DNA from: Laetmonice hystrix
Taxonomy: Eukaryota
Direction of reading: 5' to 3'
NCBI GenBank assembly: GCA_965235115.1
Contig: OZ249436.1
Location: 24,554,001 to 24,618,000, forward strand
Length of the DNA: 64,000 nucleotides
This document shows, in pieces, positions 41,222 to 55,300 of this stretch (the first letter of the stretch is position 1; every line of letters begins with the position of its first letter). The notes under the pieces were generated by a model. That model was not told where the DNA came from. It saw nothing but the letters and a program-made list of their open reading frames with translations, and made no database searches. A program made the position numbers and the translations under genes.

Positions 41222-44200
41222 TTAAGCTAACAATCTACTCTCCCAGCGCCATCAACTCGCATACAGGCGTAAAAGCAAACGCACTGCCCCATATAATGCT
41301 CCCAGCCTAAAACGATGTTGCAATTAATTTAAAATTAACAAGATGCACTAGTAATCCGATCCAAGCCTAATTACGTCATTGCTAGTTTCATAACCAAATC
41401 TCACAGAAAATACCCCACCCGCGCACATAACCTGAAAATATTCAACTTTTATCTCCAATGTATCCCTGTGCACCTAGTAGCACCCAAGCGGGCCCAATTT
41501 TGACATTCCAACACAAATACCGCAAATACCCGCCTAATGGCACAAAAAACTTTCTACCCCGTTGCAAGTCACATTAGCTTGCTGCTTGTCGTAAAAAATG
41601 GTGCAGACCATTTCTAAAGTCACAGTACCCCACTCCCGGCCTAATATTACGTTTCAGTATCCATATACGCTGCAAGCGGCAGGAACTCGAATACAGGCCT
41701 AAAAGTAACCCCAGTCTAGCAATATCATACTCTCATGCCATATACGAGCTTGTAATTATCTTTAATTAATGGGCTCCGCAGCACCAACCCACTGCATTAA
41801 CATTTGTTTAACAGCTTAACGCACCTTGTAAAAAATTTTCAAGTGCGTAAAAATGCGTGTCCACCTCCACATACTTTAAAAATCACTATACCCACCCAGC
41901 GACATTCACTCTAATACACGCCTAAGAGGAACTTCACTGTCCCATTTGATTCTCCAGCACGTATAGGATGTTTCAAGTAACATTTATCCACGGTCTGGCC
42001 CAATAACGTGCAACAAGGCATAGTAAGTCAATGCGACCTCGCATGTCAAACCTAACCCGCCCCCCAGCACATGAGCTCGAGATATTCAAATAGCTTGAAA
42101 ACTAGAATATAGCTTTGCTTAATACCATTATACCATCAACTCGCATTACAGGCCTAATGCGAAGCTCCCAGCCTAAAACGAGTTTCCAATTAATTTAAAG
42201 TTAACAAGATGCACTAATAATCGATTCCAAGCCTAATTAGGCCATTGCTAGTTGGATAACCAAATCTCATACAAAATACACCCTCCCGGCAGATGACCTG
42301 AGAATATTCAACTCTTATGTCCGATATATCCCTGTCCGCTTAGTAGCACCCAGCCGGGCCCCCATTTTGACATTGCAACACCAATACAGCAAGTGCCCAG
42401 CTAACAGCACAAATAACAGGATTCAGGGCTTCCTACCACGTTACAAGTCACAATAGATTGCTGCCTGTCGTAAAAATATACCAGACCATTTTAAAAAGTC
42501 ACAGAACCCCAATCCGGCCCTAATATGTCACTCCCAGTACCAATACACTCTGGAAGCACCATCAACTGAAATTCAGGCCTAGAACCCACCTCTCTCTACC
42601 AATATCATGCACCTAGTCCGTATACGAGGTTGTAATTTACTTTAATCAACGGGCTGCGCCGCAGCAACCCACTCTGGTCTTTGCAATCTTTTTCAATATG
42701 CGTTAACATTTGTAACCAGCTCAACGCGCCTTGTAAAATTTTTCAAAGTGCGTAAAAGTGTGTGTCCACCCCGACACGCTTTCCAAACCACTATACCCAC
42801 CGAGCGACATCCACTCAAATACAGGCTTCGACCGATCCTCACTGTGCCAATAATCCGCCACAAGGCAAATTCAGTCAATGCAAGCTGGAAAATCGAATGT
42901 CAAACCTAATACTCCCCCCCCCCCCAGCACGTTAACTGAAAATAATCAACTAGCTTGAAAACTAGAATATAGCTTTGTTTAGCTAACAATCTACTCTCCC
43001 AGCGCCATCAACTCGCATACAGGCGTAAAAGCAAACGCACTGCCCCATATAATGCTCCCAGCCTAAAACGATGTTGCAATTAATTTAAAATTAACAAGAT
43101 GCACTAGTAATCCGATCCAAGCTTAATTACGTCATTGCTAGTTTCATAACCAAATCTCACAGAAAATACCCCACCCGGGCACATAACCTGAAAATATTCA
43201 ACTTTTATCTCCAATGTATCCCTGTGCACCTAGTAGCACCCAAGCGGGCCCAATTTTGACATCCCAACACAAATACCGCAAATACCCGCCTAATGGCACA
43301 AAAAACTTTCTACCCCGTTGCAAGTCACATTAGCGTGCTGCTTGTCGTAAAAAATGGTGCAGACCATTTCTAAAGTTACAGTACCCCACTCCCGGCCTAA
43401 TATTACGTTTCAGTATCCATATACGCTGCAAGCGGCAGGAACTCGAATACAGGCCTAAAAGTAACCTCAGTCTAGCAATATCATACTCCCATGCCATATA
43501 CGAGCTTGTAATTATCTTTAATTAATGGGCTCCGCAGCACCAACCCACTGCATTAACATTTGTTTAACAGCTTAACACACCTTGTAAAATTTTTTCAAGT
43601 GCGTAAAAATGCGTGTCCACCTCCACATACTTTAAAAATCACTATACCCACCCAGCGACATCCACTCTAATACACGCCTAAAAGGAACTTCACTGTCCCA
43701 TTTGATTCTCCAGCACGTATAGGATGTTTCAAGTAACATTCATCCACGGTCTGGCCCAATAACGTGCAACAAGGCATAGTAAGTCAATGCGAGCTCGCAT
43801 GTCAAACCTAACCCGCCCCCAAGCACATGAGCTGAAAATATTCAAATAGCTTGAAAACTAGAATATAGCTTTGCTTAATACCATTATACCATCAACTCGC
43901 ATTACAGGCCTAATGCGAAGCTCCCAGCCTAAAACGAGTTTCCAATTAATTTAAAGTTAACAAGATGCACTAATAATCGATTCCAAGCCTAATTAGGCCA
44001 TTGCTAGTTGGATAACCAAATCTCATACAAAATACACCCTCCCGGCAGATGACCTGAGAATATTCAACTCTTATGTCCGATATATCCCTGTCCGCTTAGT
44101 AGCACCCAGCCGGGCCCCCATTTTGACATTGCAACACCAATACAGCAAGTGCCCAGCTAACAGCACAAATAACAGGATTCAGGGCTTCCTACCACGTTAC

Positions 44201-47200
44201 AAGTCACAATAGATTGCTGCCTGTCGTAAAAATATACCAGACCATTTTAAAAAGTCACAGAACCCCAATCCGGCCCTAATATGTCACTCCCAGTACCAAT
44301 AGACGCTGGAAGCACCATCAACTGAAATTCAGGCCTAGAACCCACCTCTCTCTACCAATATCATGCACCTAGTCCGTATACGAGGTTGTAATTTCCTTTA
44401 ATCAACGGGCTGCGCCGCAGCAACCCACTCTGGTCTTTGCAATCTTTTTCAATATGCGTTAACATTTGTGACCAGCTCAACGCGCCTTGTAAAATTTTTC
44501 AAAGTGCGTAAAAGTGTGTGTCCACCCCGACACGCTTTCCAAACCACTATACCCACCGAGCGACATCCACTCAAATACAGGCTTCGACCGATCCTCACTG
44601 TGCCAATAATCCGCCACAAGGCAAATTCAGTCAATGCAAGCTGGAAAATCGAATGTCAAACCTAATGCTCCCCCCCCAGCACGTTAACTGAAAAAAATCA
44701 ACTAGCTTGAAAACTAGAATATAGCTTTGTTTAGCTAACAATCTACTCTCCCAGCGCCATCAACTCGCATACAGGCGTAAAAGCAAACGCACTGCCCCAT
44801 ATAATGCTCCCAGCATAAAACGATGTTGCAATTAATTTAAAATTAACAAGATGCACTAGTAATCCGATCCAAGCCTAATTACGTCATTGCTAGTTTCATA
44901 ACCAAATCTCACAGAAAATACCCCACCCGCGCACATAACCTGAAAATATTCAACTTTTATCTCCAATGTATCCCTGTGCACCTAGTAGCACCCAAGCGGG
45001 CCCAATTTTGACATTCCAACACAAATACCGCAAATACCCGCCTAATGGCACAAAAAACTTTCTACCCCGTTGCAAGTCACATTAGCTTGCTGCTTGTCGT
45101 AAAAAATGGTGCAGACCATTTCTAAAGTCACAGTACCCCACTCCCGGCCTAATATTACGTTTCAGTATCCATATACGCTGCAAGCGGCAGGAACTCGAAT
45201 ACAGGCCTAAAAGTAACCCCAGTCTAGCAATATCATACTCTCATGCCATATACGAGCTTGTAATTATCTTTAATTAATGGGCTCCGCAGCACCAACCCAC
45301 TGCATTAACATTTGTTTAACAGCTTAACGCACCTTGTAAAAAAATTTTCAAGTGCGTAAAAATGCGTGTCCACCTCCACATACTTTAAAAATCACTATAC
45401 CCACCCAGCGACATTCACTCTAATACACGCCTAAGAGGAACTTCACTGTCCCATTTGATTCTCCAGCACGTATAGGATGTTTCAAGTAACATTTATCCAC
45501 GGTCTGGCCCAATAACGTGCAACAAGGCATAGTAAGTCAATGCGAGCTCGCATGTCAAACCTAACCCGCCCCCCAGCACATGAGCTGAAAATATTCAAAT
45601 AGCTTGAAAACTAGAATATAGCTTTGCTTAATACCATTATACCATCAACTCGCATTACAGGCCTAATGCGAAGCTCCCAGCCTAAAACGAGTTTCCAATT
45701 AATTTAAAGTTAACAAGATGCACTAATAATCGATTCCAAGCCTAATTAGGCCATTGCTAGTTGGATAACCAAATCTCATACAAAATACACCCTCCCGGCA
45801 GATGACCTGAGAATATTCAACTCTTATGTCCGATATATCCCTGTCCGCTTAGTAGCACCCAGCCGGGCCCCCATTTTGACATTGCAACACCAATACAGCA
45901 AGTGCCCAGCTAACAGCACAAATAACAGGATTCAGGGCTTCCTACCACGTTACAAGTCACAATAGATTGCTGCCTGTCGTAAAAATATACCAGACCATTT
46001 TAAAAAGTCACAGAACCCCAATCCGGCCCTAATATGTCACTCCCAGTACCAATACACGCTGGAAGCACCATCAACTGAAATTCAGGCCTAGAACCCACCT
46101 CTCTCTACCAATATCATGCACCTAGTCCGTATACGAGGTTGTAATTTACTTTAATCAACGGGCTGCGCCGCAGCAACCCACTCTGGTCTTTGCAATCTTT
46201 TTCAATATGCGTTAACATTTGTAACCAGCTCAACGCGCCTTGTAAAATTTTTCAAAGTGCGTAAAAGTGTGTGTCCACCCCGACACGCTTTCCAAACCAC
46301 TATACCCACCGAGCGACATCCACTCAAATACAGGCTTCGACCGATCCTCACTGTGCCAATAATCCGCCACAAGGCAAATTCAGTCAATGCAAGCTGGAAA
46401 ATCGAATGTCAAACCTAATGCTCCCCCCCCCCCCAGCACGTTAACTGAAAATAATCAACTAGCTTGAAAACTAGAATATAGCTTTGTTAAGCTAACAATC
46501 TACTCTCCCAGCGCCATCAACTCGCATACAGGCGTAAAAGCAAACGCACTGCCCCATATAATGCTTCCAGCCTAAAACGATGTTGCAATTAATTTAAAAT
46601 TAACAAGATGCACTAGTAATCCGATCCAAGCCTAATTACGTCATTGCTAGTTTCATAACCAAATCTCACAGAAAATACCCCACCCGCGCACATAACCTGA
46701 AAATATTCAACTTTTATCTCCAATGTATCCCTGTGCACCTAGTAGCACCCAAGCGGGCCCAATTTTGACATTCCAACACAAATACCGCAAATACCCGCCT
46801 AATGGCACAAAAAACTTTCTACCCCGTTGCAAGTCACATTAGCTTGCTGCTTGTCGTAAAAAATGGTGCAGACCATTTCTAAAGTCACAGTACCCCACTC
46901 CCGGCCTAATATTACGTTTCAGTATCCATATACGCTGCAAGCGGCAGGAACTCGAATACAGGCCTAAAAGTAACCCCAGTCTAGCAATATCATACTCTCA
47001 TGCCATATACGAGCTTGTAATTATCTTTAATTAATGGGCTCCGCAGCACCAACCCACTGCATTAACATTTGTTTAACAGCTTAACGCACCTTGTAAAAAA
47101 TTTTCAAGTGCGTAAAAATGCGTGTCCACCTCCACATACTTTAAAAATCACTATACCCACCCAGCGACATTCACTCTAATACACGCCTAAGAGGAACTTC

Positions 47201-48244
47201 ACTGTCCCATTTGATTCTCCAGCACGTATAGGATGTTTCAAGTAACATTTATCCACGGTCTGGCCCAATAACGTGCAACAAGGCATAGTAAGTCAATGCG
47301 ACCTCGCATGTCAAACCTAACCCGCCCCCCAGCACATGAGCTCGAGATATTCAAATAGCTTGAAAACTAGAATATAGCTTTGCTTAATACCATTATACCA
47401 TCAACTCGCATTACAGGCCTAATGCGAAGCTCCCAGCCTAAAACGAGTTTCCAATTAATTTAAAGTTAACAAGATGCACTAATAATCGATTCCAAGCCTA
47501 ATTAGGCCATTGCTAGTTGGATAACCAAATCTCATACAAAATACACCCTCCCGGCAGATGACCTGAGAATATTCAACTCTTATGTCCGATATATCCCTGT
47601 CCGCTTAGTAGCACCCAGCCGGGCCCCCATTTTGACATTGCAACACCAATACAGCAAGTGCCCAGCTAACAGCACAAATAACAGGATTCAGGGCTTCCTA
47701 CCACGTTACAAGTCACAATAGATTGCTGCCTGTCGTAAAAATATACCAGACCATTTTAAAAAGTCACAGAACCCCAATCCGGCCCTAATATGTCACTCCC
47801 AGTACCAATAGACGCTGGAAGCACCATCAACTGAAATTCAGGCCTAGAACCCACCTCTCTCTACCAATATCATGCACCTAGTCCGTATACGAGGTTGTAA
47901 TTTACTTTAATCAACGGGCTGCGCCGCAGCAACCCACTCTGGTCTTTGCAATCTTTTTCAATATGCGTTAACATTTGTGACCAGCTCAACGCGCCTTGTA
48001 AAATTTTTCAAAGTGCGTAAAAGTGTGTGTCCACCCCGACACGCTTTCCAAACCACTATACCCACCGAGCGACATCCACTCAAATACAGGCTTCGACCGA
48101 TCCTCACTGTGCCAATAATCCGCCACAAGGCAAATTCAGTCAATGCAAGCTGGAAAATCGAATGTCAAACCTAATGCCCCCCCCCCCCAGCACGTTAACT
48201 GAAAATAATCAACTAGCTTGAAAACTAGAATATAGCTTTGTTAA

Positions 48245-49373
48245 AGCCAAATGCAACAATCCAGCTACCTTATACCTTCCCATATGCCTTATACAATAAA
48301 GAATAACATCAGCAATAAATGCAGGTCAATAGGTTTTACATAAACGAGAATGCCAACCTTAAACTACGAGTACCGTACCTCTAGCCGAGAAATGAACTCG
48401 GCGCCATTTTACATCACATTATCACATGGGAGATTGATTCAGCCAATCAAAAACAGTCAGGTCACCCGGAAGTGTGACGTCGCCAGAGCCGCGAGTTTCC
48501 ACCAGCTGTCAGATCGGGTGAGGATACAAGGTAGTCAGAGAGTCTAGACTGAGAGCTGCGAGTAAGATTATCCGTGTCATAGTACTAGGAGACCGATCAG
48601 CAGGTCTAACCACACCACTGACTTGGTGCTGATCCTTCGTGAAGATATGCCTGGGTGTGCTAGCTGAACGGTAGCCCGACGCTTTGACAGTGGCAGTGCA
48701 CGCCATGTCCCCGGCCGTAGACTGCCGTAGTCTGTCACTACTGTCAGACTCCATCCATGACCCAACCAGTGTACATTTCATTCTCTAGTTGACAATTCTC
48801 CGTATAAATAATAGCTTTCAGCCACCATTTCATGCGTTGGAGGGTATTGCGACGAATTTCTGTTCGTTTAAGCGCCCGGTAAGAGATTTTTCAATACGTT
48901 GTCGATCGACCAAATTGGCATGTCTGGCCCCGTCCAACCACCAGTGCACGCCCGTCGGGAGCACCGTGCTGCCCCGTTGTTGACTTCCCCACCTGACTCG
49001 GGTGTCGGGGTGAGTGAGGCATGGAGCCTGGGACAGGGCACGCATGAAGGGGACATGAAGTCATGTAATCGACATGGGCCGAGATAACCATGGTCCGAGT
49101 TCACCAGTAACCATTATTGTACATAGTGTCCGTGAAGATGGTTGACCAACACAGTGATGGGGGAATGGGGTAGGCTCTAGGGACGCCATTTTTTAAGGTC
49201 TCACGGCAGTGAATTTCGGCAAGATGGACGCCGTGAGCAAACGGGCAACTGTCAGTTTCTATCGGGGATTACTTTTAACACACAGACTTTGTGGGAATTA
49301 GATGGTGGCAGGTAAAAGGCACTATACCATGGTTATCCATGGGCCCTATTGCTAGTGGCGGTTTCGGATCGCT
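48245..49373. mobile_element. Same 1,129-bp element, copy 4
   Basis: TTAA at 48241-48244 and 49374-49377; no difference from copy 2 noticed by eye. Confidence 0.85.
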
Positions 49374-52300
49374 TTAAGCTAACAATCTACTCTCCCAGCG
49401 CCATCAACTCGCATACAGGCGTAAAAGCAAACGCACTGCCCCATATAATGCTCCCAGCCTAAAACGATGTTGCAATTAATTTAAAATTAACAAGATGCAC
49501 TAGTAATCCGATCCAAGCCTAATTACGTCATTGCTAGTTTCATAACCAAATCTCACAGAAAATACCCCACCCGCGCACATAACCTGAAAATATTCAACTT
49601 TTATCTCCAATGTATCCCTGTGCACCTAGTAGCACCCAAGCGGGCCCAATTTTGACATTCCAACACAAATACCGCAAATACCCGCCTAATGGCACAAAAA
49701 ACTTTCTACCCCGTTGCAAGTCACATTAGCTTGCTGCTTGTCGTAAAAAATGGTGCAGACCATTTCTAAAGTCACAGTACCCCACTCCCGGCCTAATATT
49801 ACGTTTCAGTATCCATATACGCTGCAAGCGGCAGGAACTCGAATACAGGCCTAAAAGTAACCCCAGTCTAGCAATATCATACTCTCATGCCATATACGAG
49901 CTTGTAATTATCTTTAATTAATGGGCTCCGCAGCACCAACCCACTGCATTAACATTTGTTTAACAGCTTAACGCACCTTGTAAAAAATTTTCAAGTGCGT
50001 AAAAATGCGTGTCCACCTCCACATACTTTAAAAATCACTATACCCACCCAGCGACATTCACTCTAATACACGCCTAAGAGGAACTTCACTGTCCCATTTG
50101 ATTCTCCAGCACGTATAGGATGTTTCAAGTAACATTTATCCACGGTCTGGCCCAATAACGTGCAACAAGGCATAGTAAGTCAATGCGACCTCGCATGTCA
50201 AACCTAACCCGCCCCCCAGCACATGAGCTGGAGATATTCAAATAGCTTGAAAACTAGAATATAGCTTTGCTTAATACCATTATACCATCAACTCGCATTA
50301 CAGGCCTAATGCGAAGCTCCCAGCCTAAAACGAGTTTCCAATTAATTTAAAGTTAACAAGATGCACTAATAATCGATTCCAAGCCTAATTAGGCCATTGC
50401 TAGTTGGATAACCAAATCTCATACAAAATACACCCTCCCGGCAGATGACCTGAGAATATTCAACTCTTATGTCCGATATATCCCTGTCCGCTTAGTAGCA
50501 CCCAGCCGGGCCCCCATTTTGACATTGCAACACCAATACAGCAAGTGCCCAGCTAACAGCACAAATAACAGGATTCAGGGCTTCCTACCACGTTACAAGT
50601 CACAATAGATTGCTGCCTGTCGTAAAAATATACCAGACCATTTTAAAAAGTCACAGAACCCCAATCCGGCCCTAATATGTCACTCCCAGTACCAATAGAC
50701 GCTGGAAGCACCATCAACTGAAATTCAGGCCTAGAACCCACCTCTCTCTACCAATATCATGCACCTAGTCCGTATACGAGGTTGTAATTTACTTTAATCA
50801 ACGGGCTGCGCCGCAGCAACCCACTCTGGTCTTTGCAATTTTTTTCAATATGCGTTAACATTTGTGACCAGCTCAACGCGCCTTGTAAAATTTTTCAAAG
50901 TGCGTAAAAGTGTGTGTCCACCCCGACACGCTTTCCAAACCACTATACCCACCGAGCGACATCCACTCAAATACAGGCTTCGACCGATCCTCACTGTGCC
51001 AATAATCCGCCACAAGGCAAATTCAGTCAATGCAAGCTGGAAAATCGAATGTCAAACCTAATGCTCCCCCCCCCCCAGCACGTTAACTGAAAATAATCAA
51101 CTAGCTTGAAAACTAGAATATAGCTTTGTTAAGCTAACAATCTACTCTCCCAGCGCCATCAACTCGCATACAGGCGTAAAAGCAAACGCACTGCCCCATA
51201 TAATGCTCCCAGCCTAAAACGATGTTGCAATTAATTTAAAATTAACAAGATGCACTAGTAATCCGATCCAAGCCTAATTACGTCATTGCTAGTTTCATAA
51301 CCAAATCTCACAGAAAATACCCCACCCGCGCACATAACCTGAAAATATTCAACTTTTATCTCCAATGTATCCCTGTGCACCTAGTAGCACCCAAGCGGGC
51401 CCAATTTTGACATTCCAACACAAATACCGCAAATACCCGCCTAATGGCACAAAAAACTTTCTACCCCGTTGCAAGTCACATTAGCTTGCTGCTTGTCGTA
51501 AAAAATGGTGCAGACCATTTCTAAAGTCACAGTACCCCACTCCCGGCCTAATATTACGTTTCAGTATCCATATACGCTGCAAGCGGCAGGAACTCGAATA
51601 CAGGCCTAAAAGTAACCCCAGTCTAGCAATATCATACTCCCATGCCATATACGAGCTTGTAATTATCTTTAATTAATGGGCTCCGCAGCACCAACCCACT
51701 GCATTAACATTTGTTTAACAGCTTAACGCACCTTGTAAAATTTTTTCAAGTGCGTAAAAATGCGTGTCCACCTCCACATACTTTAAAAATCACTATACCC
51801 ACCCAGCGACATTCACTCTAATACACGCCTAAGAGGAACTTCACTGTCCCATTTGATTCTCCAGCACGTATAGGATGTTTCAAGTAACATTTATCCACGG
51901 TCTGGCCCAATAACGTGCAACAAGGCATAGTAAGTCAATGCGACCTCGCATGTCAAACCTAACCCGCCCCCCAGCACATGAGCTGGAGATATTCAAATAG
52001 CTTGAAAACTAGAATATAGCTTTGCTTAATACCATTATACCATCAACTCGCATTACAGGCCTAATGCGAAGCTCCCAGCCTAAAACGAGTTTCCAATTAA
52101 TTTAAAGTTAACAAGATGCACTAATAATCGATTCCAAGCCTAATTAGGCCATTGCTAGTTGGATAACCAAATCTCATACAAAATACACCCTCCCGGCAGA
52201 TGACCTGAGAATATTCAACTCTTATGTCCGATATATCCCTGTCCGCTTAGTAGCACCCAGCCGGGCCCCCATTTTGACATTGCAACACCAATACAGCAAG

Positions 52301-55300
52301 TGCCCAGCTAACAGCACAAATAACAGGATTCAGGGCTTCCTACCACGTTACAAGTCACAATAGATTGCTGCCTGTCGTAAAAATATACCAGACCATTTTA
52401 AAAAGTCACAGAACCCCAATCCGGCCCTAATATGTCACTCCCAGTACCAATAGACGCTGGAAGCACCATCAACTGAAATTCAGGCCTAGAACCCACCTCT
52501 CTCTACCAATATCATGCACCTAGTCCGTATACGAGGTTGTAATTTACTTTAATCAACGGGCTGCGCCGCAGCAACCCACTCTGGTCTTTGCAATTTTTTT
52601 CAATATGCGTTAACATTTGTGACCAGCTCAACGCGCCTTGTAAAATTTTTCAAAGTGCGTAAAAGTGTGTGTCCACCCCGACACGCTTTCCAAACCACTA
52701 TACCCACCGAGCGACATCCACTCAAATACAGGCTTCGACCGATCCTCACTGTGCCAATAATCCGCCACAAGGCAAATTCAGTCAATGCAAGCTGGAAAAT
52801 CGAATGTCAAACCTAATGCTCCCCCCCCCCCCAGCACGTTAACTGAAAAAAATCAACTAGCTTGAAAACTAGAATATAGCTTTGTTTAGCTAACAATCTA
52901 CTCTCCCAGCGCCATCAACTCGCATACAGGCGTAAAAGCAAACGCACTGCCCCATATAATGCTCCCAGCCTAAGACGATGTTGCAATTAATTTAAGATTA
53001 ACAAGATGCACTAGTAATCCGATCCAAGCCTAATTACGTCATTGCTAGTTTCATAACCAAATCTCACAGAAAATACCCCACCCGCGCACATAACCTGAAA
53101 ATATTCAACTTTTATCTCCAATGTATCCCTGTGCACCTAGTAGCACACAAGCGGGCCCAATTTTGACATCCCAACACAAATACCGCAAATACCCGCCTAA
53201 TGGCACAAAAAACTTTCTACCCCGTTGCAAGTCACATTAGCGTGCTGCTTGTCGTAAAAAATGGTGCAGACCATTTCTAAAGTCACAGTACCCCACTCCC
53301 GTCCTAATATTACGTTTCAGTATCCATATACGCTGCAAGCGGCAGGAACTCGAATACAGGCCTAAAAGTAACCTCAGTCTAGCAATATCATACTCCCATG
53401 CCATATACGAGCTTGTAATTATCTTTAATTAATGGGCTCCGCAGCACCAACCCACTGCATTAACATTTGTTTAACAGCTTAACACACCTTGTAAAATTTT
53501 TTCAAGTGCGTAAAAATGCGTGTCCACCTCCACATACTTTAAAAATCACTATACCCACCCAGCGACATCCACTCTAATACACGCCTAAAAGGAACTTCAC
53601 TGTCCCATTTGATTCTCCAGCACGTATAGGATGTTTCAAGTAACATTCATCCACGGTCTGGCCCAATAACGTGCAACAAGGCATAGTAAGTCAATGCGAG
53701 CTCGCATGTCAAACCTAACCCGCCCCCAAGCACATGAGCTGAAAATATTCAAATAGCTTGAAAACTAGAATATAGCTTTGCTTAATACCATTATACCATC
53801 AACTCGCATTACAGGCCTAATGCGAAGCTCCCAGCCTAAAACGAGTTTCCAATTAATTTAAAGTTAACAAGATGCACTAATAATCGATTCCAAGCCTAAT
53901 TAGGCCATTGCTAGTTGGATAACCAAATCTCATACAAAATACACCCTCCCGGCAGATGACCTGAGAATATTCAACTCTTATGTCCGATATATCCCTGTCC
54001 GCTTAGTAGCACCCAGCCGGGCCCCCATTTTGACATTGCAACACCAATACAGCAAGTGCCCAGCTAACAGCACAAATAACAGGATTCAGGGCTTCCTACC
54101 ACGTTACAAGTCACAATAGATTGCTGCCTGTCGTAAAAATATACCAGACCATTTTAAAAAGTCACAGAACCCCAATCCGGCCCTAATATGTCACTCCCAG
54201 TACCAATAGACGCTGGAAGCACCATCAACTGAAATTCAGGCCTAGAACCCACCTCTCTCTACCAATATCATGCACCTAGTCCGTATACGAGGTTGTAATT
54301 TCCTTTAATCAACGGGCTGCGCCGCAGCAACCCACTCTGGTCTTTGCAATCTTTTTCAATATGCGTTAACATTTGTGACCAGCTCAACGCGCCTTGTAAA
54401 ATTTTTCAAAGTGCGTAAAAGTGTGTGTCCACCCCGACACGCTTTCCAAACCACTATACCCACCGAGCGACATCCACTCAAATACAGGCTTCGACCGATC
54501 CTCACTGTGCCAATAATCCGCCACAAGGCAAATTCAGTCAATGCAAGCTGGAAAATCGAATGTCAAACCTAATGCTCCCCCCCCAGCACGTTAACTGAAA
54601 ATAATCAACTAGCTTGAAAACTAGAATATAGCTTTGTTTAGCTAACAATCTACTCTCCCAGCGCCATCAACTCGCATACAGGCGTAAAAGCAAACGCACT
54701 GCCCCATATAATGCTCCCAGCATAAAACGATGTTGCAATTAATTTAAAATTAACAAGATGCACTAGTAATCCGATCCAAGCCTAATTACGTCATTGCTAG
54801 TTTCATAACCAAATCTCACAGAAAATACCCCACCCGCGCACATAACCTGAAAATATTCAACTTTTATCTCCAATGTATCCCTGTGCACCTAGTAGCACCC
54901 AAGCGGGCCCAATTTTGACATTCCAACACAAATACCGCAAATACCCGCCTAATGGCACAAAAAACTTTCTACCCCGTTGCAAGTCACATTAGCTTGCTGC
55001 TTGTCGTAAAAAATGGTGCAGACCATTTCTAAAGTCACAGTACCCCACTCCCGGCCTAATATTACGTTTCAGTATCCATATACGCTGCAAGCGGCAGGAA
55101 CTCGAATACAGGCCTAAAAGTAACCCCAGTCTAGCAATATCATACTCTCATGCCATATACGAGCTTGTAATTATCTTTAATTAATGGGCTCCGCAGCACC
55201 AACCCACTGCATTAACATTTGTTTAACAGCTTAACGCACCTTGTAAAAAAATTTTCAAGTGCGTAAAAATGCGTGTCCACCTCCACATACTTTAAAAATC

